DNA of 64,000 bases from Hydrogenophilaceae bacterium (GCA_031426735.1 JASJPK010000048.1:92607-156606), one strand, 5' to 3'; positions 11,799 through 21,982 are shown, numbered from the stretch's first letter. The notes: generated by a model from the sequence alone, not told the origin. Numbers and translations: made by a program.

Positions 11799-14700
11799 AT
11801 GTCTCTCGATGTACGTTTGCTCTGCGCGACCGAAGCCCGATTGGGGCTGCCGCTCAAATTTCCCTATACCAAGGTGTTCGCGCTGCTCGCCTATCTGCTG
11901 CTGGAGACCGGTCGGCAGCGGCGGGAAATCCTGACCGATCTGCTCTGGCCGCAGCAGGACGAGGACACGGCCAGAACCAATCTGCGCAATGCCGTGCATG
12001 CGCTGCGCAAACTGCTCGGGCCGGAGCGGCTGGGCAGCGACCGGCTGCAGGTCTGGTTCATTCCACGCGTGGGCGACAGCGTCGATGCGGTGCAGCTGCA
12101 GGGCGTCGCCGCCAGCGCATTCAACAGCGCCGACGCCGAGCGCGTGTTCGAACAGGTGAGCGGTTATTCCGGCGAACTGATGCCGGGTTTCATCGTGCCG
12201 GATGCGCCCGCTTACATGGAATGGCTCGATCTGAAGCGGCTGGCGTTTCATCAGAAGCTGCTCGTGATCTGCGAACAATTGATGGATTTCTTTGGCGCCG
12301 CCGGCAACAGCGCGCGCCAGATCGAGTTGGCGCAGACGCAGACCCGCATCGATCCCTGGAACGAGTCCTTCCATCTGCGTCTGCTCCGGCTGCTCGCCGA
12401 GGCTGGCCGCATTCCCACCGCGCTGGCGCATTTCGATTTCATGCGCGGCCTGTTTCTGCGCGAACTGGATATCGCGCCGGGGCAGGAAGTGCGCGATCTG
12501 ATCGGCCGCCTGAATGCTTCGGCGCATCCCCTCACGCAACTGCAGACGCGGGCGGAACCGGTGCAGGTGGTGGCGCGGCTGCGGCCGATGACGCTGCTCT
12601 TTGTCGAGATCCGCAGCCTGGCAACGCAGGACGTACACAAGCTGGCGGCACTGATGCGCGCGCGCCAGTTCGTCAGTGCCGAGGTCAGCCGCTACGGCGC
12701 TCACGCCTGCCTGACGCCGGATGGCAGCATCCTGGCGTTTTTCGGTTACCCGAACGGCGTGCCCAATGCCTGCCAGAGCGCGTTGCGCGCGGCCTACAAC
12801 ATCCGCTTGCAGCAGGAAATCGACGATGTCCTGCTGCGTTTCGCACTGCATCACGGCCCCATGCTGGTGTGGCCGGCAGCGGACTGCCCCGATGCCTTGG
12901 GGGTGATGAGCGATATCGCCATGAAGCTCGCCGCCAGCGGCAGCCCCGGGGAGATCCTGGCCACCGGCGCGTTTGTCGAACGCGTCAACACGCTCGCCCT
13001 GGCGCCGCTGGAGCGGTCGCCCGAGTTCTTTCCGCAGGAGGGCCTGGAGGCCTACCGCATCGGCAACCTGGCGAACGCACCGGCGCGGCGGGAACCGGCT
13101 CTGGTCGGACGCGAAGCGGAGCGCCGCCAGCTCGGCAAGTTGTGGCGCAGCGTGCAGCGCGGCGGCTTGCGCGCGGTCGTCCTCGGCGGTCCGCCCGGCA
13201 GCGGCAAGAGCCGCCTGGCCAAGTGGCTGCTCGGCACACTGGCGGAGCCGGGGCAGGCGGTAGTCCTGCAATGCTGGCAGAACCAGAGCGAGGCGCCGTT
13301 CTTCCCGATCGGTGAAGCCATCAAACTTCAGTGCGGCATTCATGCTGGCGATAGCCCGGAAATTCGCCAGCTGAAAATGGATCGCTGGCTGGAGCGGCGG
13401 CACCCGGATCTGGCCGAAGAACATCGCCGCATGGCCGCTTGGCTGGTCGGCCTGCCGCTGGACGACGCCGCCGCGTCGCCGGCTTCGCGCCGCCGCTGCC
13501 TGCACCAGGCCCTGCGCGCCATGCTGGCCAATCTGGCCGGCAACGGCCCGGTGCTGGTGGTGCTGGAAGATATCCATTGGGCCGACCCGTCGACGCTGCA
13601 ATTCATCGCCGATCTGCTCGCCACGGCCGCCGATCTGCCCTGGCTGTTGCTGATCACCGCGCGGGCGCCGCTCGCCGACACCTGGCAACCGCAATTGCCG
13701 CGTCTCCGGCTCGATCCGCTCAGCGCCGCGCAGAGCCGCGAGTTGGTCAAAAGTCTGCAGCACGCGCCGCTCGACGAAAGCCATGTCGCCGACATCGTCG
13801 CGCGCGCCGACGGCAATCCGCTGTTCATCGAATCGCTGGTGCTGGCGCAGGCCGGCACGAACCAACCGCAACAGCCGCTGGCCAGCCTGGAAGAGAGCAT
13901 CCTGGCGCCCCTCGTCGGCGACGAACTGCTTTGCCGCATCGCCTGGGGTGCCGCGGCTTTGGGCGAGGAGTTCGATGCCGGCCTGCTGCGCGCCCTGTTC
14001 CCGGAGATCGGCGATGCGCGTTTCGCCGCCGCCTTGCTTGCCCTGGAGCGGCACGGCCTGGTCAAGCCGGGCGCGGGCGGACGCCGGCGTTTTCACCATG
14101 CCCTGGTCTGCGAAACCCTCTACAACAGCCTGTCCTTCCATGAGCGGCGCCAGATGCATGGCCGCATCCAGGCGGCGACGCCGGCATTCATGCCCGCTCT
14201 GGCCGCCGAACAGCCGCACTGGCTGGCGCGCCATGCCGCGTTGGCGGGCGACCCGGCGAGCGCGGTCGACTTGTACGAACAGGCGGCGCGGCGCGATCTG
14301 AGCATGGCGGCGCACACCGAGGCGGCGCGCCATTTTTGCAGCGCGCGCGAACTGCTGGAGCGCATGCCGACATCGCCCGCCAACGACCGCCGCATCCTGC
14401 AATTGCTGCTCGGCGAGGGCAATGCCACGGTGGCGCTACGCGGCTATGGCGCGGCCGAGACGCGGGCGCTGTTCAGCCAGGTGCTGGAACGCAGCAACCC
14501 GGATTCGGAGCGGGAAGAGATTTTTCTGGCCGAATACGGCCTCTGGCTGGGCGGCAGTTCGCACGACGGCTACCTACACGCCTTGCGCTACGTCGACAAA
14601 CTGCAGCGCACCGCCGAGACGACCGGTTCCGTATTGCATCGCCTGCAGACCGCCTATGCCTACGGCAATACCTACCTCTGGCTGGGCGAACTGGACCAGG

Positions 14701-15401
14701 CGCGTCGGCACCTGGATGCGGCCGTCGCGCTCTACGACACTCAGCGGCCGCCCGAACTGCTCGATCAATTTCATGAAGACACCGGCGTCACCAGCCTGTC
14801 GCTGCTCGCCTGGACACTCTGGCTGCAGGGCGACGCGGCCGCCGCCGCCGCCGCGCAGGCCCGCGCCGTCGAACTCGCCGAAACGCTCGCCCATCCTTAT
14901 TCGCTGGCCTTCGCCGTCGCCTGCGCCGCGCGGCTGGAACTGCTGCGCGGCGAGATCGAACCGGTGCGGCACTTCGCCGACCGTCTGATGGCGCTGGCGG
15001 ACCGGCACGATTTCGCGATCTGGCAGGGCGTCGGCGCGGTCATGCAGGCCTGGGTGCGCTGCTGCGCCGGCGACGCCGGCGGCATCCCGCTCGCCGTGCG
15101 CAGCCTGGAACTGATCGGCCAGGCCTTGCCCAGCCTGGAAGTCACCATCCTGTCGATGTACGTCGACGGCCTCTATCGCCTGGGCGATCTGGCCGCGTGC
15201 GCCGCTCACCTCGATACCGCGCTGGCGCGCTGCGCCTACTGGCATGACCACTACGTCGAAGCCGAATTGCTGCGCCTGCGCGGTCTATGCGCCGCCGCCG
15301 CCGGCGACGCCGCTGCCGCGTGCGAATGGCGCGACGCCGCACACGCGCTGGCCAGCCGCCAGGGCGCGCTGGTCATCCTCGAACGTATCGAAATCGCTTA
15401 A
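11799..15401 (+). CDS. AfsR-like large regulator: SARP wHTH + BTAD, cyclase-homology domain, AAA_16/STAND ATPase, TPR
   Basis: Start chosen at ATG 11799 (MSLDVRL). The N-terminus resembles a SARP/OmpR wHTH (TDLLWPQQDEDTARTNLRNAVHALRKLL) plus BTAD. The class III cyclase-like segment is LLFVEIRS...PDGSILAFFGYP. Walker A GPPGSGKS, Walker B VLVVLEDIHWAD, and a helical repeat C-terminus. The antisense 950-aa ORF was rejected. Confidence 0.75.
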   Translation: MSLDVRLLCATEARLGLPLKFPYTKVFALLAYLLLETGRQRREILTDLLWPQQDEDTARTNLRNAVHALRKLLGPERLGSDRLQVWFIPRVGDSVDAVQLQGVAASAFNSADAERVFEQVSGYSGELMPGFIVPDAPAYMEWLDLKRLAFHQKLLVICEQLMDFFGAAGNSARQIELAQTQTRIDPWNESFHLRLLRLLAEAGRIPTALAHFDFMRGLFLRELDIAPGQEVRDLIGRLNASAHPLTQLQTRAEPVQVVARLRPMTLLFVEIRSLATQDVHKLAALMRARQFVSAEVSRYGAHACLTPDGSILAFFGYPNGVPNACQSALRAAYNIRLQQEIDDVLLRFALHHGPMLVWPAADCPDALGVMSDIAMKLAASGSPGEILATGAFVERVNTLALAPLERSPEFFPQEGLEAYRIGNLANAPARREPALVGREAERRQLGKLWRSVQRGGLRAVVLGGPPGSGKSRLAKWLLGTLAEPGQAVVLQCWQNQSEAPFFPIGEAIKLQCGIHAGDSPEIRQLKMDRWLERRHPDLAEEHRRMAAWLVGLPLDDAAASPASRRRCLHQALRAMLANLAGNGPVLVVLEDIHWADPSTLQFIADLLATAADLPWLLLITARAPLADTWQPQLPRLRLDPLSAAQSRELVKSLQHAPLDESHVADIVARADGNPLFIESLVLAQAGTNQPQQPLASLEESILAPLVGDELLCRIAWGAAALGEEFDAGLLRALFPEIGDARFAAALLALERHGLVKPGAGGRRRFHHALVCETLYNSLSFHERRQMHGRIQAATPAFMPALAAEQPHWLARHAALAGDPASAVDLYEQAARRDLSMAAHTEAARHFCSARELLERMPTSPANDRRILQLLLGEGNATVALRGYGAAETRALFSQVLERSNPDSEREEIFLAEYGLWLGGSSHDGYLHALRYVDKLQRTAETTGSVLHRLQTAYAYGNTYLWLGELDQARRHLDAAVALYDTQRPPELLDQFHEDTGVTSLSLLAWTLWLQGDAAAAAAAQARAVELAETLAHPYSLAFAVACAARLELLRGEIEPVRHFADRLMALADRHDFAIWQGVGAVMQAWVRCCAGDAGGIPLAVRSLELIGQALPSLEVTILSMYVDGLYRLGDLAACAAHLDTALARCAYWHDHYVEAELLRLRGLCAAAAGDAAAACEWRDAAHALASRQGALVILERIEIA

Positions 15402-15428
15402 CCGCGCATCGTGGCGTGGACGTCGCTC

Positions 15429-17186
15429 CTACCGCGCCGGGGTTGCGCAGGAGCGGCTGCCAGGCCGCGATATGGCCGTCGGCGACGTCGCTGCCGCTGC
15501 CAGATGCGCGGCCAGTTCATCGGCCGGCATCGGTCTGCCGAACAAATAGCCCTGCGCGAATTCGCAGTCGCGGGCGGCCAGAAAGTCGGCCTGTTGCTGG
15601 GTCTCGACGCCCTCGGCGACGATCTCCAGGTCGAGGCGATGGCCCATTTCGATCATGGTTTCGATCAGGGCCCGATCGCGCGGGTTGTCCTCGCATTCAT
15701 GCACGAAGGCCTGGTCGATTTTCAGCGTGGTGATCGGGAAGCGTGAGAGATAGCTGAGGCTTGAATAGCCGGTGCCGAAGTCGTCCACCGCGATACGTAC
15801 GCCCAGTTGCCGCAAGCTGCGCAGCGCGGCGATGGCGGCGTCCTGGGCTTGCATGACGATGCTTTCGGTGATTTCCAGTTCGAGACGGTCCGGCGCGATG
15901 GCGTGGTCGCGCAGCGCGTCGGCGACCACCCGTGTCAGCGCCGCATCGCCGAATTGCAGGGCGGACAGATTCACCGCCATGCGCACGGGGCTGTGGCCGG
16001 CATCCTCCCAGGCGCGCAGCTGGGCGCAGGCGCTGTCGATGATCCAGGCACCGACCGGCACGATCAGGCCGGTCTTTTCCAGCAGCGGGATGAATTCGAG
16101 CGGCGCGATCGGCCCCCATTCCGGATGCCGCCAGCGCAGCAGGGCTTCGACCGAAACCGTGCGGCCGCTGCACAGGTCGACTTGCGGCTGGTAGGCCAGC
16201 GCGAACTCGCGCTTGTCCAGGGCACGATGCAAGGCGGCCTCGATGACAAACTCGCGTGTTCCCGTTCTCGCCATGGACGGGTGGAAGCTGCGATGGCTGT
16301 TGCCGGCAGTCTGCTTGGCGTGGAACAGCGCGGCTTCGGCATGGCTGAGCAGCGTTTCGGCGCAGTTGGCATCCGCCGGTAAAGTGCAGTCGCCCAGACT
16401 CAGTGTGATGAACAGTTCGACATCGCCGAGGGGGATCGGCTGGCTGACGCACGCGGTCAAGTTGGCCAGCGACGCCGCAACGTCTGCGCCGGAGACCACC
16501 AGCGCGAAACTGTGGCCGCCGAGGTGCGCCAGGAAATTGTCCGGCCCGGCACAGTCGGCAAGGCGCCCTGCGACTGCGGCAATCACCTGGTTGGCGCGCT
16601 GCGCGCCCAGGCTGCGGCTGAGGTGTTGAAAGCGATTGATTTCGACCAGGATCAGGCCGAATGGCGGCGCACCCGCCGCGCACTGCTCGGCCCGTTCTGC
16701 CAGTTCGCGCAACAGAGAGGCGCGATTCGGCAAGCCGGTGAGCGGGTCGAAATTGGCCAGCTGCAGCAGGTTGCCGCTCAGGCGGTCCAATTCGTCGGCC
16801 ATCTCGAACGTGGCGAGTTCCCGTTGGATGACCGGGATCAGCTTGCCCAGGGCGTTCTTGTGGATGAAGTCGCGCGCACCGCGCCGCATGGCTTCGATGG
16901 CCTGCGCGTCGGCGATGGAGCCGGACAGGATGACGAACGGTGTGGCGATGCCAAGTTCGCCGACCATCTGCAGGACATCGAGGGAATCCATGCCGGGCAG
17001 ATTGTGGTCGCTCAGGATCAGATCCCATGTCGACTCGCGCAGGCAGGCTTCAACGCCGGCACGGGTGTCGACGCGCTGGATCGCGGGGGCAAAATTCGCC
17101 TCGCTCAAGGTCAACCGCACTAGTTCCGCGTCGTCCTCGCGATCCTCCACCAACAGCACGCGCAGGCTGTTTCGCCTTGTTTTCAT
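15429..17186 (-). CDS. response regulator REC + degenerate GGDEF + EAL (c-di-GMP phosphodiesterase type)
   Basis: REC (VLLVEDREDD ... LILSDHNLPGMD). The GGDEF motif is replaced by GGHSF. EAL block VEALLRW...DDFGTGYSSLSYL. It is the last gene of the MCP/CheW operon, with a 26-nt gap. Confidence 0.85.
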   Translation of the reverse strand: MKTRRNSLRVLLVEDREDDAELVRLTLSEANFAPAIQRVDTRAGVEACLRESTWDLILSDHNLPGMDSLDVLQMVGELGIATPFVILSGSIADAQAIEAMRRGARDFIHKNALGKLIPVIQRELATFEMADELDRLSGNLLQLANFDPLTGLPNRASLLRELAERAEQCAAGAPPFGLILVEINRFQHLSRSLGAQRANQVIAAVAGRLADCAGPDNFLAHLGGHSFALVVSGADVAASLANLTACVSQPIPLGDVELFITLSLGDCTLPADANCAETLLSHAEAALFHAKQTAGNSHRSFHPSMARTGTREFVIEAALHRALDKREFALAYQPQVDLCSGRTVSVEALLRWRHPEWGPIAPLEFIPLLEKTGLIVPVGAWIIDSACAQLRAWEDAGHSPVRMAVNLSALQFGDAALTRVVADALRDHAIAPDRLELEITESIVMQAQDAAIAALRSLRQLGVRIAVDDFGTGYSSLSYLSRFPITTLKIDQAFVHECEDNPRDRALIETMIEMGHRLDLEIVAEGVETQQQADFLAARDCEFAQGYLFGRPMPADELAAHLAAAATSPTAISRPGSRSCATPAR

Positions 17187-17212
17187 GGCTGCATCCTCCC
17201 GTCGGGTTTGAT

Positions 17213-18781
17213 TTAAGCGGCGGCCAGCAGCGCGGCTTGCCAGCCTGCTGTCGAAGACGCCGTGGCATGTGACGCTGCGGGCGCCGCCACTTCGTCCGGC
17301 GAAACCTTGAAGAACGCCATGAGTTGCTGCAGATGTTCCGCCTGACTGCTCATTTCCTCGGCGGTGGCGGCGAGTTGCTCGGAAGCGGCGGCATTGAGTT
17401 GCGTGGTCTGGGTGAGTTGGTTCATCGCCTGATTGATCTGGCCGACGCCGAGCGACTGCTCCTGCGACGCGGCGGTGATTTCCTGCACCAGATGGGCGGT
17501 CTTGCCGATGGCGGGCACCAGTTCGTCGAGGCGGCTGCCGGCCGTTTCGGCGAGCTGCACACTGCCCGTGGCGACCTGGCCGATTTCCTGCGCCGCCACC
17601 TGACTCCGCTCGGCCAGCTTGCGCACTTCCGCTGCGACCACCGCGAAGCCCTTGCCATGCTCGCCGGCGCGCGCCGCTTCGATGGCGGCGTTGAGCGCGA
17701 GCAGATTGGTCTGATAGGCGATGTCGTCGATGATGCCGATCTTGCCGGCAATCTGTTTCATCGCCTGTACCGTCCCCTTCACCGCTTCGCCGCCCTGGCT
17801 GGCGGCAATGGCAGACTGGCCGGCCATGCCTTCGGTGATTTTGGCGTTCTCGGTGTTCTGGGCGATGCTGGCGGTCATCTGTTCGATCGATGCCGAGGTC
17901 TGTTCGACGCCGCTGGCTTGCTCGCTGGAGCCCTGCGCCAGGCTTTGCGCGGTGGCGCTGACTTGTGCCGCGGCGGCGCCGAGTGCGTTCGACGAATTGC
18001 GCACTTCGCCGATGATGTGGGCGAGCTTGCCGACCACATTGCCCATTGCCGCCAGCAACTGGCCGACTTCATCGCGAGAGCTTGCGAAGCGCACGCCGAG
18101 GTCGCCTTCGGCCAGCCGGTTGGCGGTGGCGACGGCTTGTTGTAGCGGCCGGGTGATGCTCTGCATCAACAGATAGCCGGCAATCAACACGATCAGCAGT
18201 GCGGCGCCGCTCAGACCGATGCCCCAGGCCACCGTGCGCGCGCCGATCTGGCCGATCTCGCCGACGGCAACGGTGAGCGCGGCTTTTTTCGCTTTGTTCA
18301 GATCGATCAGGCGGGTGCGCATTTCGCGCCACAGCGGCGTTTCCTCGCCATTGATGGCGGCAATGGCGGCGGCCGTTTGTTGCTCCGCCAGCGTGACGAT
18401 GCGCGCTTGCACCGGCTGCTGTTTTTCGCGCAGCGCAACGATCTCGCGCAATGACGCAACCGTCTTCGCATCGTCGCCGGCGAGTTGCAGCGCAGTTGCC
18501 GCCTGCTGCGCAAACTCTTCGCTGGCCTGCTGCATATTCTTGTGGGCACGCTGGTTCTTGAAATCGAGCACGATGTTGCGCAGCGCCTGTTCCATCTGCA
18601 GGCCTTGCGCGAGCATTTCGACACTGGTGAAGGCGAGCGCCTGATCGCGCGCGACCATGTCCTGCACCCGCTGTTCGATGCGCAACAAGCCGCCGAGACT
18701 GGTGCCGACGGCAAATGCGCCGCACAGCAGGATGATCGCCAGGATGGCTGCGAGCCGGATCTTGATGCTGATGTTGTTCAT
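17213..18781 (-). CDS. methyl-accepting chemotaxis protein
   Basis: 522 aa. N-terminal TM/4-helix sensor, HAMP, and conserved signalling hairpin ([43 protein letters not shown]). Confidence 0.9.
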   Translation of the reverse strand: MNNISIKIRLAAILAIILLCGAFAVGTSLGGLLRIEQRVQDMVARDQALAFTSVEMLAQGLQMEQALRNIVLDFKNQRAHKNMQQASEEFAQQAATALQLAGDDAKTVASLREIVALREKQQPVQARIVTLAEQQTAAAIAAINGEETPLWREMRTRLIDLNKAKKAALTVAVGEIGQIGARTVAWGIGLSGAALLIVLIAGYLLMQSITRPLQQAVATANRLAEGDLGVRFASSRDEVGQLLAAMGNVVGKLAHIIGEVRNSSNALGAAAAQVSATAQSLAQGSSEQASGVEQTSASIEQMTASIAQNTENAKITEGMAGQSAIAASQGGEAVKGTVQAMKQIAGKIGIIDDIAYQTNLLALNAAIEAARAGEHGKGFAVVAAEVRKLAERSQVAAQEIGQVATGSVQLAETAGSRLDELVPAIGKTAHLVQEITAASQEQSLGVGQINQAMNQLTQTTQLNAAASEQLAATAEEMSSQAEHLQQLMAFFKVSPDEVAAPAASHATASSTAGWQAALLAAA

Positions 18782-18814
18782 GAGGTCTCCAACTATTTTT
18801 CGGGTTTTTAGGTT

Positions 18815-20431
18815 TCAGAAACGTACGAAGTTGTCGCCGACGGCGTGAGAGAAAGCCGGGCGCGATGCCACAGCCAGCGCTGCGGATGGCTTGGCCGCAC
18901 GTCTCATGTGGGCGCTCGGCGCCGATTGTTGCGTCTTGAAGAAGGCCATGATTTGCTGGAGCTGGTCGGCCTGACTGTTCAATTCCTCGGCGGTGGCGGC
19001 AAGTTCCTCGGACGCGGAAGCGTTCTGTTGCGTGGTCTGATTGAGCTGATTCATCGCGCTCTGGATCTGGCCGACTCCGGACGACTGTTCCTGTGAGGCG
19101 GCGCTAATCTCCTGCACCAGGCCCGAGGTCTGCTTGATCGACGGCACCATCTCATCCAGCAGACGGCCGGCCTGCTCGGCCAGTTGCACGCTGCCATGCG
19201 CAACCTGGCCGATTTCCTGGGCCGCGACCTGACTCCGCTCGGCCAGTTTGCGCACTTCGGCGGCGACGACTGCGAAGCCCTTGCCGTGCTCGCCGGCACG
19301 GGCCGCTTCAATCGCGGCATTGAGGGCGAGCAGGTTGGTCTGGTAGGCGATGTCGTCGATGATGCCGATCTTGGCGGCGATGGACTGCATCGCTTTGACG
19401 GTTTCGCGCACCACGCCACCGCCGTTTTCGGCCTCCGCCGCAACGCGGCGTGCCAGGCTGTCGGTCGTGCCGGCGCCGGCGCTGTTCTGCTCGATGGAAA
19501 CAGCCATCTGTTTGACCGCGTCGCCGGTCTGTTCGACCGTGCTTGCCTGTTCAGTGGTGGCCTGCGCCAGGCTTTGCGCGGTGGCATTGATCTGCGCCGA
19601 GGCGCTGCCCAGGGATGCGGTCGAACTACGCACGCTGCCGATGATGTTAGAAAGCTTGCTGGCCATGTTTTGCATGGCGGCGACCAACTGGCCGGTTTCA
19701 TCGCGGCTGGTCGCCACGCCGGCATCCAGACTGGCCAGGTCGCCGGTCGCGATGCGTTCAGCCGTTTGCGTCGCCTGGCGCAGCGGCACCAGCAGGCTGC
19801 GCATCAGCCAGGCCGCGACCAGCGCGGTGAACAGCAGGCTGGTCAGGCCGGTGGCGACCACGACGGTGTGCGCCCAACCGATGCGCGCACCCTGGCGTTC
19901 TGTTGCCGCGTCCATCGAGACGCCCTGGCGTTCGATCATCGCCCTGATCGCATCGACATACTTTTGCCGCAACGGCATGGTTTCCTGCATCAACATCTGT
20001 TGCGCCGCCAGCGGCTGGCCGGATTGCAACAGGCCGATGGCTTGCTTGCGGCTGCCGACATAGTTTTTGCGCGCTGCCAGCACGCCTTCGATGATCCGTT
20101 TTTCTTCTGCATCGGTACCCAGCGCTTCCAGCGCTTTGTAGAGATCGGTCAGCGCCTTCGATTTCTCGCCCATGCGCTTGACGCGCTCGGCGATGTCGGC
20201 CGGATCGGAGACGTACATCAGCGCCAGCACTTCCTGGGTGTTTTCGTTCACCGCATCGATGATCTGGCTGGAAATCCGTGCCTTTGGCCAGTATTCGGTG
20301 GCCACGGCGCGGGTGTCTTGCGCCACCTCGCCGAACGTCAGCCACAGGATGAGCAGACTAGCCAGGGAGAGCGAGATCAGCAGACCGAAACTGCCGGCCA
20401 GTTTGGTACTCCACTTGCGATTGCGAAACAT
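18815..20431 (-). CDS. methyl-accepting chemotaxis protein (tandem paralog)
   Basis: 538 aa. The signalling domain is identical to the downstream MCP, and the DNA of the two signalling domains is highly similar. Confidence 0.9.
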   Translation of the reverse strand: MFRNRKWSTKLAGSFGLLISLSLASLLILWLTFGEVAQDTRAVATEYWPKARISSQIIDAVNENTQEVLALMYVSDPADIAERVKRMGEKSKALTDLYKALEALGTDAEEKRIIEGVLAARKNYVGSRKQAIGLLQSGQPLAAQQMLMQETMPLRQKYVDAIRAMIERQGVSMDAATERQGARIGWAHTVVVATGLTSLLFTALVAAWLMRSLLVPLRQATQTAERIATGDLASLDAGVATSRDETGQLVAAMQNMASKLSNIIGSVRSSTASLGSASAQINATAQSLAQATTEQASTVEQTGDAVKQMAVSIEQNSAGAGTTDSLARRVAAEAENGGGVVRETVKAMQSIAAKIGIIDDIAYQTNLLALNAAIEAARAGEHGKGFAVVAAEVRKLAERSQVAAQEIGQVAHGSVQLAEQAGRLLDEMVPSIKQTSGLVQEISAASQEQSSGVGQIQSAMNQLNQTTQQNASASEELAATAEELNSQADQLQQIMAFFKTQQSAPSAHMRRAAKPSAALAVASRPAFSHAVGDNFVRF

Positions 20432-20467
20432 GATGGCTCCTTTTTTTGAGTAGGTATGCGTGAGGCG

Positions 20468-21001
20468 TCAGGCAGGCAGGGCCGGCACGGGCATTCTGTC
20501 TGTCGATACGAGGCGCGTTTGGGCGGGCAGATGGGCGCTGTTGGCGATCCGGTCGATGTCCAGAATCGCCACGAAGCGCTCCGCCACCTTGCCCAGGCCG
20601 ACGATGAAGCGGGGGTCCATGCTGCCGAAGCAGGGCACCGGCTCGATATCAGCTGCCGGGATGCCGACCACTTCGTCGACGGCATCGACCAGGATGCCGA
20701 AATCGCTTGGCTCGCCGCCGTTATCCGCTGCCACGATGACGATGCAGGTGCGGCGCTGCGTCTCGCTGCGCCCCTGGCCGAAGCGGGCGAGCAGGTCGAG
20801 CACCGGCACCACGGCGCCGCGCAGATTGATCACGCCGCGGATGAAGGACGGCATCATCGGAACGGTGGTCAACTTGCCGTATTCGATGATTTCCTTGATG
20901 CCGCGTATGCCGATCGAATAGGTTTCGTTACCCACCTCGAAGGTCAGGTATTGACTCGTTTGCGCAGCGTCGTCGCTGACGACAGCAAGGTTTTTTTGCA
21001 T
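20468..21001 (-). CDS. cheW: chemotaxis coupling protein CheW
   Basis: QYLTFEVGNETYSIGIRGIKEI...VINLRGAVVPVLDL is a CheW fold signature. ATG at 21001 (MQKNLAV). Confidence 0.85.
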   Translation of the reverse strand: MQKNLAVVSDDAAQTSQYLTFEVGNETYSIGIRGIKEIIEYGKLTTVPMMPSFIRGVINLRGAVVPVLDLLARFGQGRSETQRRTCIVIVAADNGGEPSDFGILVDAVDEVVGIPAADIEPVPCFGSMDPRFIVGLGKVAERFVAILDIDRIANSAHLPAQTRLVSTDRMPVPALPA

Positions 21002-21035
21002 GGACGATTTCCTTTGTCGGGTGTCGCAGCGTTCT

Positions 21036-21356
21036 TTACGCGGCAAGCGGGCGCGTTGTTTCGAACTTGAAGAAATTGCTCAGATTCATCAGGTGCAGGC
21101 ATTCGAGCACCACCGGGTTCTGCCCGATGAAACGCACCACGCGATTGCGCAGCAGGGCTTCCTTGCGCGCCATCAGCAGAATCTGCAGGCCGGCGCAATC
21201 GATCTCGGTGACGCCGGTCAGGTCGATGGCGACGCTGCGGTTGGCAACGAGTGCTTCGTTAAGGGTGCGGGCGAACAGGCTGGCGGTGTAGAGGGTCAGT
21301 TCGTCGTCGATGCGGATGCGGCAGCCGCCTGCTTCGTTGAGTGATTCGATGCTCAT
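21036..21356 (-). CDS. STAS-domain protein (anti-sigma-antagonist-like)
   Basis: 106 aa. The pattern IDLTGVTEIDCAGLQILLMARKEA...IGQNPVVLECLHLMNL is typical of STAS/SpoIIAA-like proteins. Good SD (AAGGAGAC). Confidence 0.75.
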   Translation of the reverse strand: MSIESLNEAGGCRIRIDDELTLYTASLFARTLNEALVANRSVAIDLTGVTEIDCAGLQILLMARKEALLRNRVVRFIGQNPVVLECLHLMNLSNFFKFETTRPLAA

Positions 21357-21404
21357 GTGAGTCTCCTTGGAATTATTCGGTGCGACGCTGGCTCGTCTTG
21401 CTGG

Positions 21405-21587
21405 TCACCAGTTGTTGCGGTTGGCATGGCTCGACCACCAGGCCTGCATGCCGCTTTTCTTGTCCGGTTTTTCTGGCGTTTTCTTGCTCAACGCGTCGCC
21501 TTTCAGGTTTGGCCGTTTCATGTCGCAGCCGTCGCGCTTGGCTTCGCAGTTGCCTGCCGGCGGTGAGTTGGGGGGTGGGGTTTTCAT
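21405..21587 (-). CDS. small Lys-rich hypothetical protein (60 aa)
   Basis: Own translation: MKTPPPNSPPAGNCEAKRDGCDMKRPNLKGDALSKKTPEKPDKKSGMQAWWSSHANRNNW. The ATG overlaps the TGA of the upstream receiver gene (ATGA). Third codon positions are mostly G/C. I recognise no homology. Confidence 0.35.
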   Translation of the reverse strand: MKTPPPNSPPAGNCEAKRDGCDMKRPNLKGDALSKKTPEKPDKKSGMQAWWSSHANRNNW

Positions 21588-21982
21588 GCCGGCAGCGCTG
21601 CATGCGAACCGGCCTTGTCGCTTGCGCTCAGCAGGCGATCCAGCGTCGGCAGGATGGCCTCGAACTGGCTGGCGATGTTCAGCACGGCGGCGGCGCCGAG
21701 ATCCTGCGCGTGCGCCCGGTATTGCCATTCGTCGCTCTCGGAAAGCAGGATCACCGGCAAAGAGTGCTGCGTGCGGCGCAGGCTTTTCAGGAGATTGAAG
21801 CCGCTGCCGTCGGCGAGGCGTAGCGCCAGCAACAAGGCATCCGGTTGGCAGGCCTTGATCTTTTCGAGCGCGGCGGTGGCACTGTTTACGCAGCCTTTGC
21901 CCTCATAGCGGCCGTCTTCGCCGAGCAATGCCAGCAGCCTTGCGCAGATTGCCGACGAGTTTTCGATCACCAGAACTTTCAT
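21584..21982 (-). CDS. receiver-like (pseudo-receiver) single-domain protein
   Basis: MKVLVIENSS...PDALLLALRLADGSG...PVILLSES. The pattern is REC-like, but the acidic pocket (EN) and the phospho-acceptor position (LLLA where LLLD is expected) are substituted. Confidence 0.7.
   Translation of the reverse strand: MKVLVIENSSAICARLLALLGEDGRYEGKGCVNSATAALEKIKACQPDALLLALRLADGSGFNLLKSLRRTQHSLPVILLSESDEWQYRAHAQDLGAAAVLNIASQFEAILPTLDRLLSASDKAGSHAALPA

Noticed and set aside
11550-14402. 950-aa minus-strand ORF antisense to the SARP-STAND gene
   Set aside because: Its composition is Arg/Ala/Gln/Gly-rich with no recognisable motifs. It is fully overlapped by a plus-strand ORF with clear Walker A/B and other domain signatures. 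This is a typical high-GC antisense shadow.
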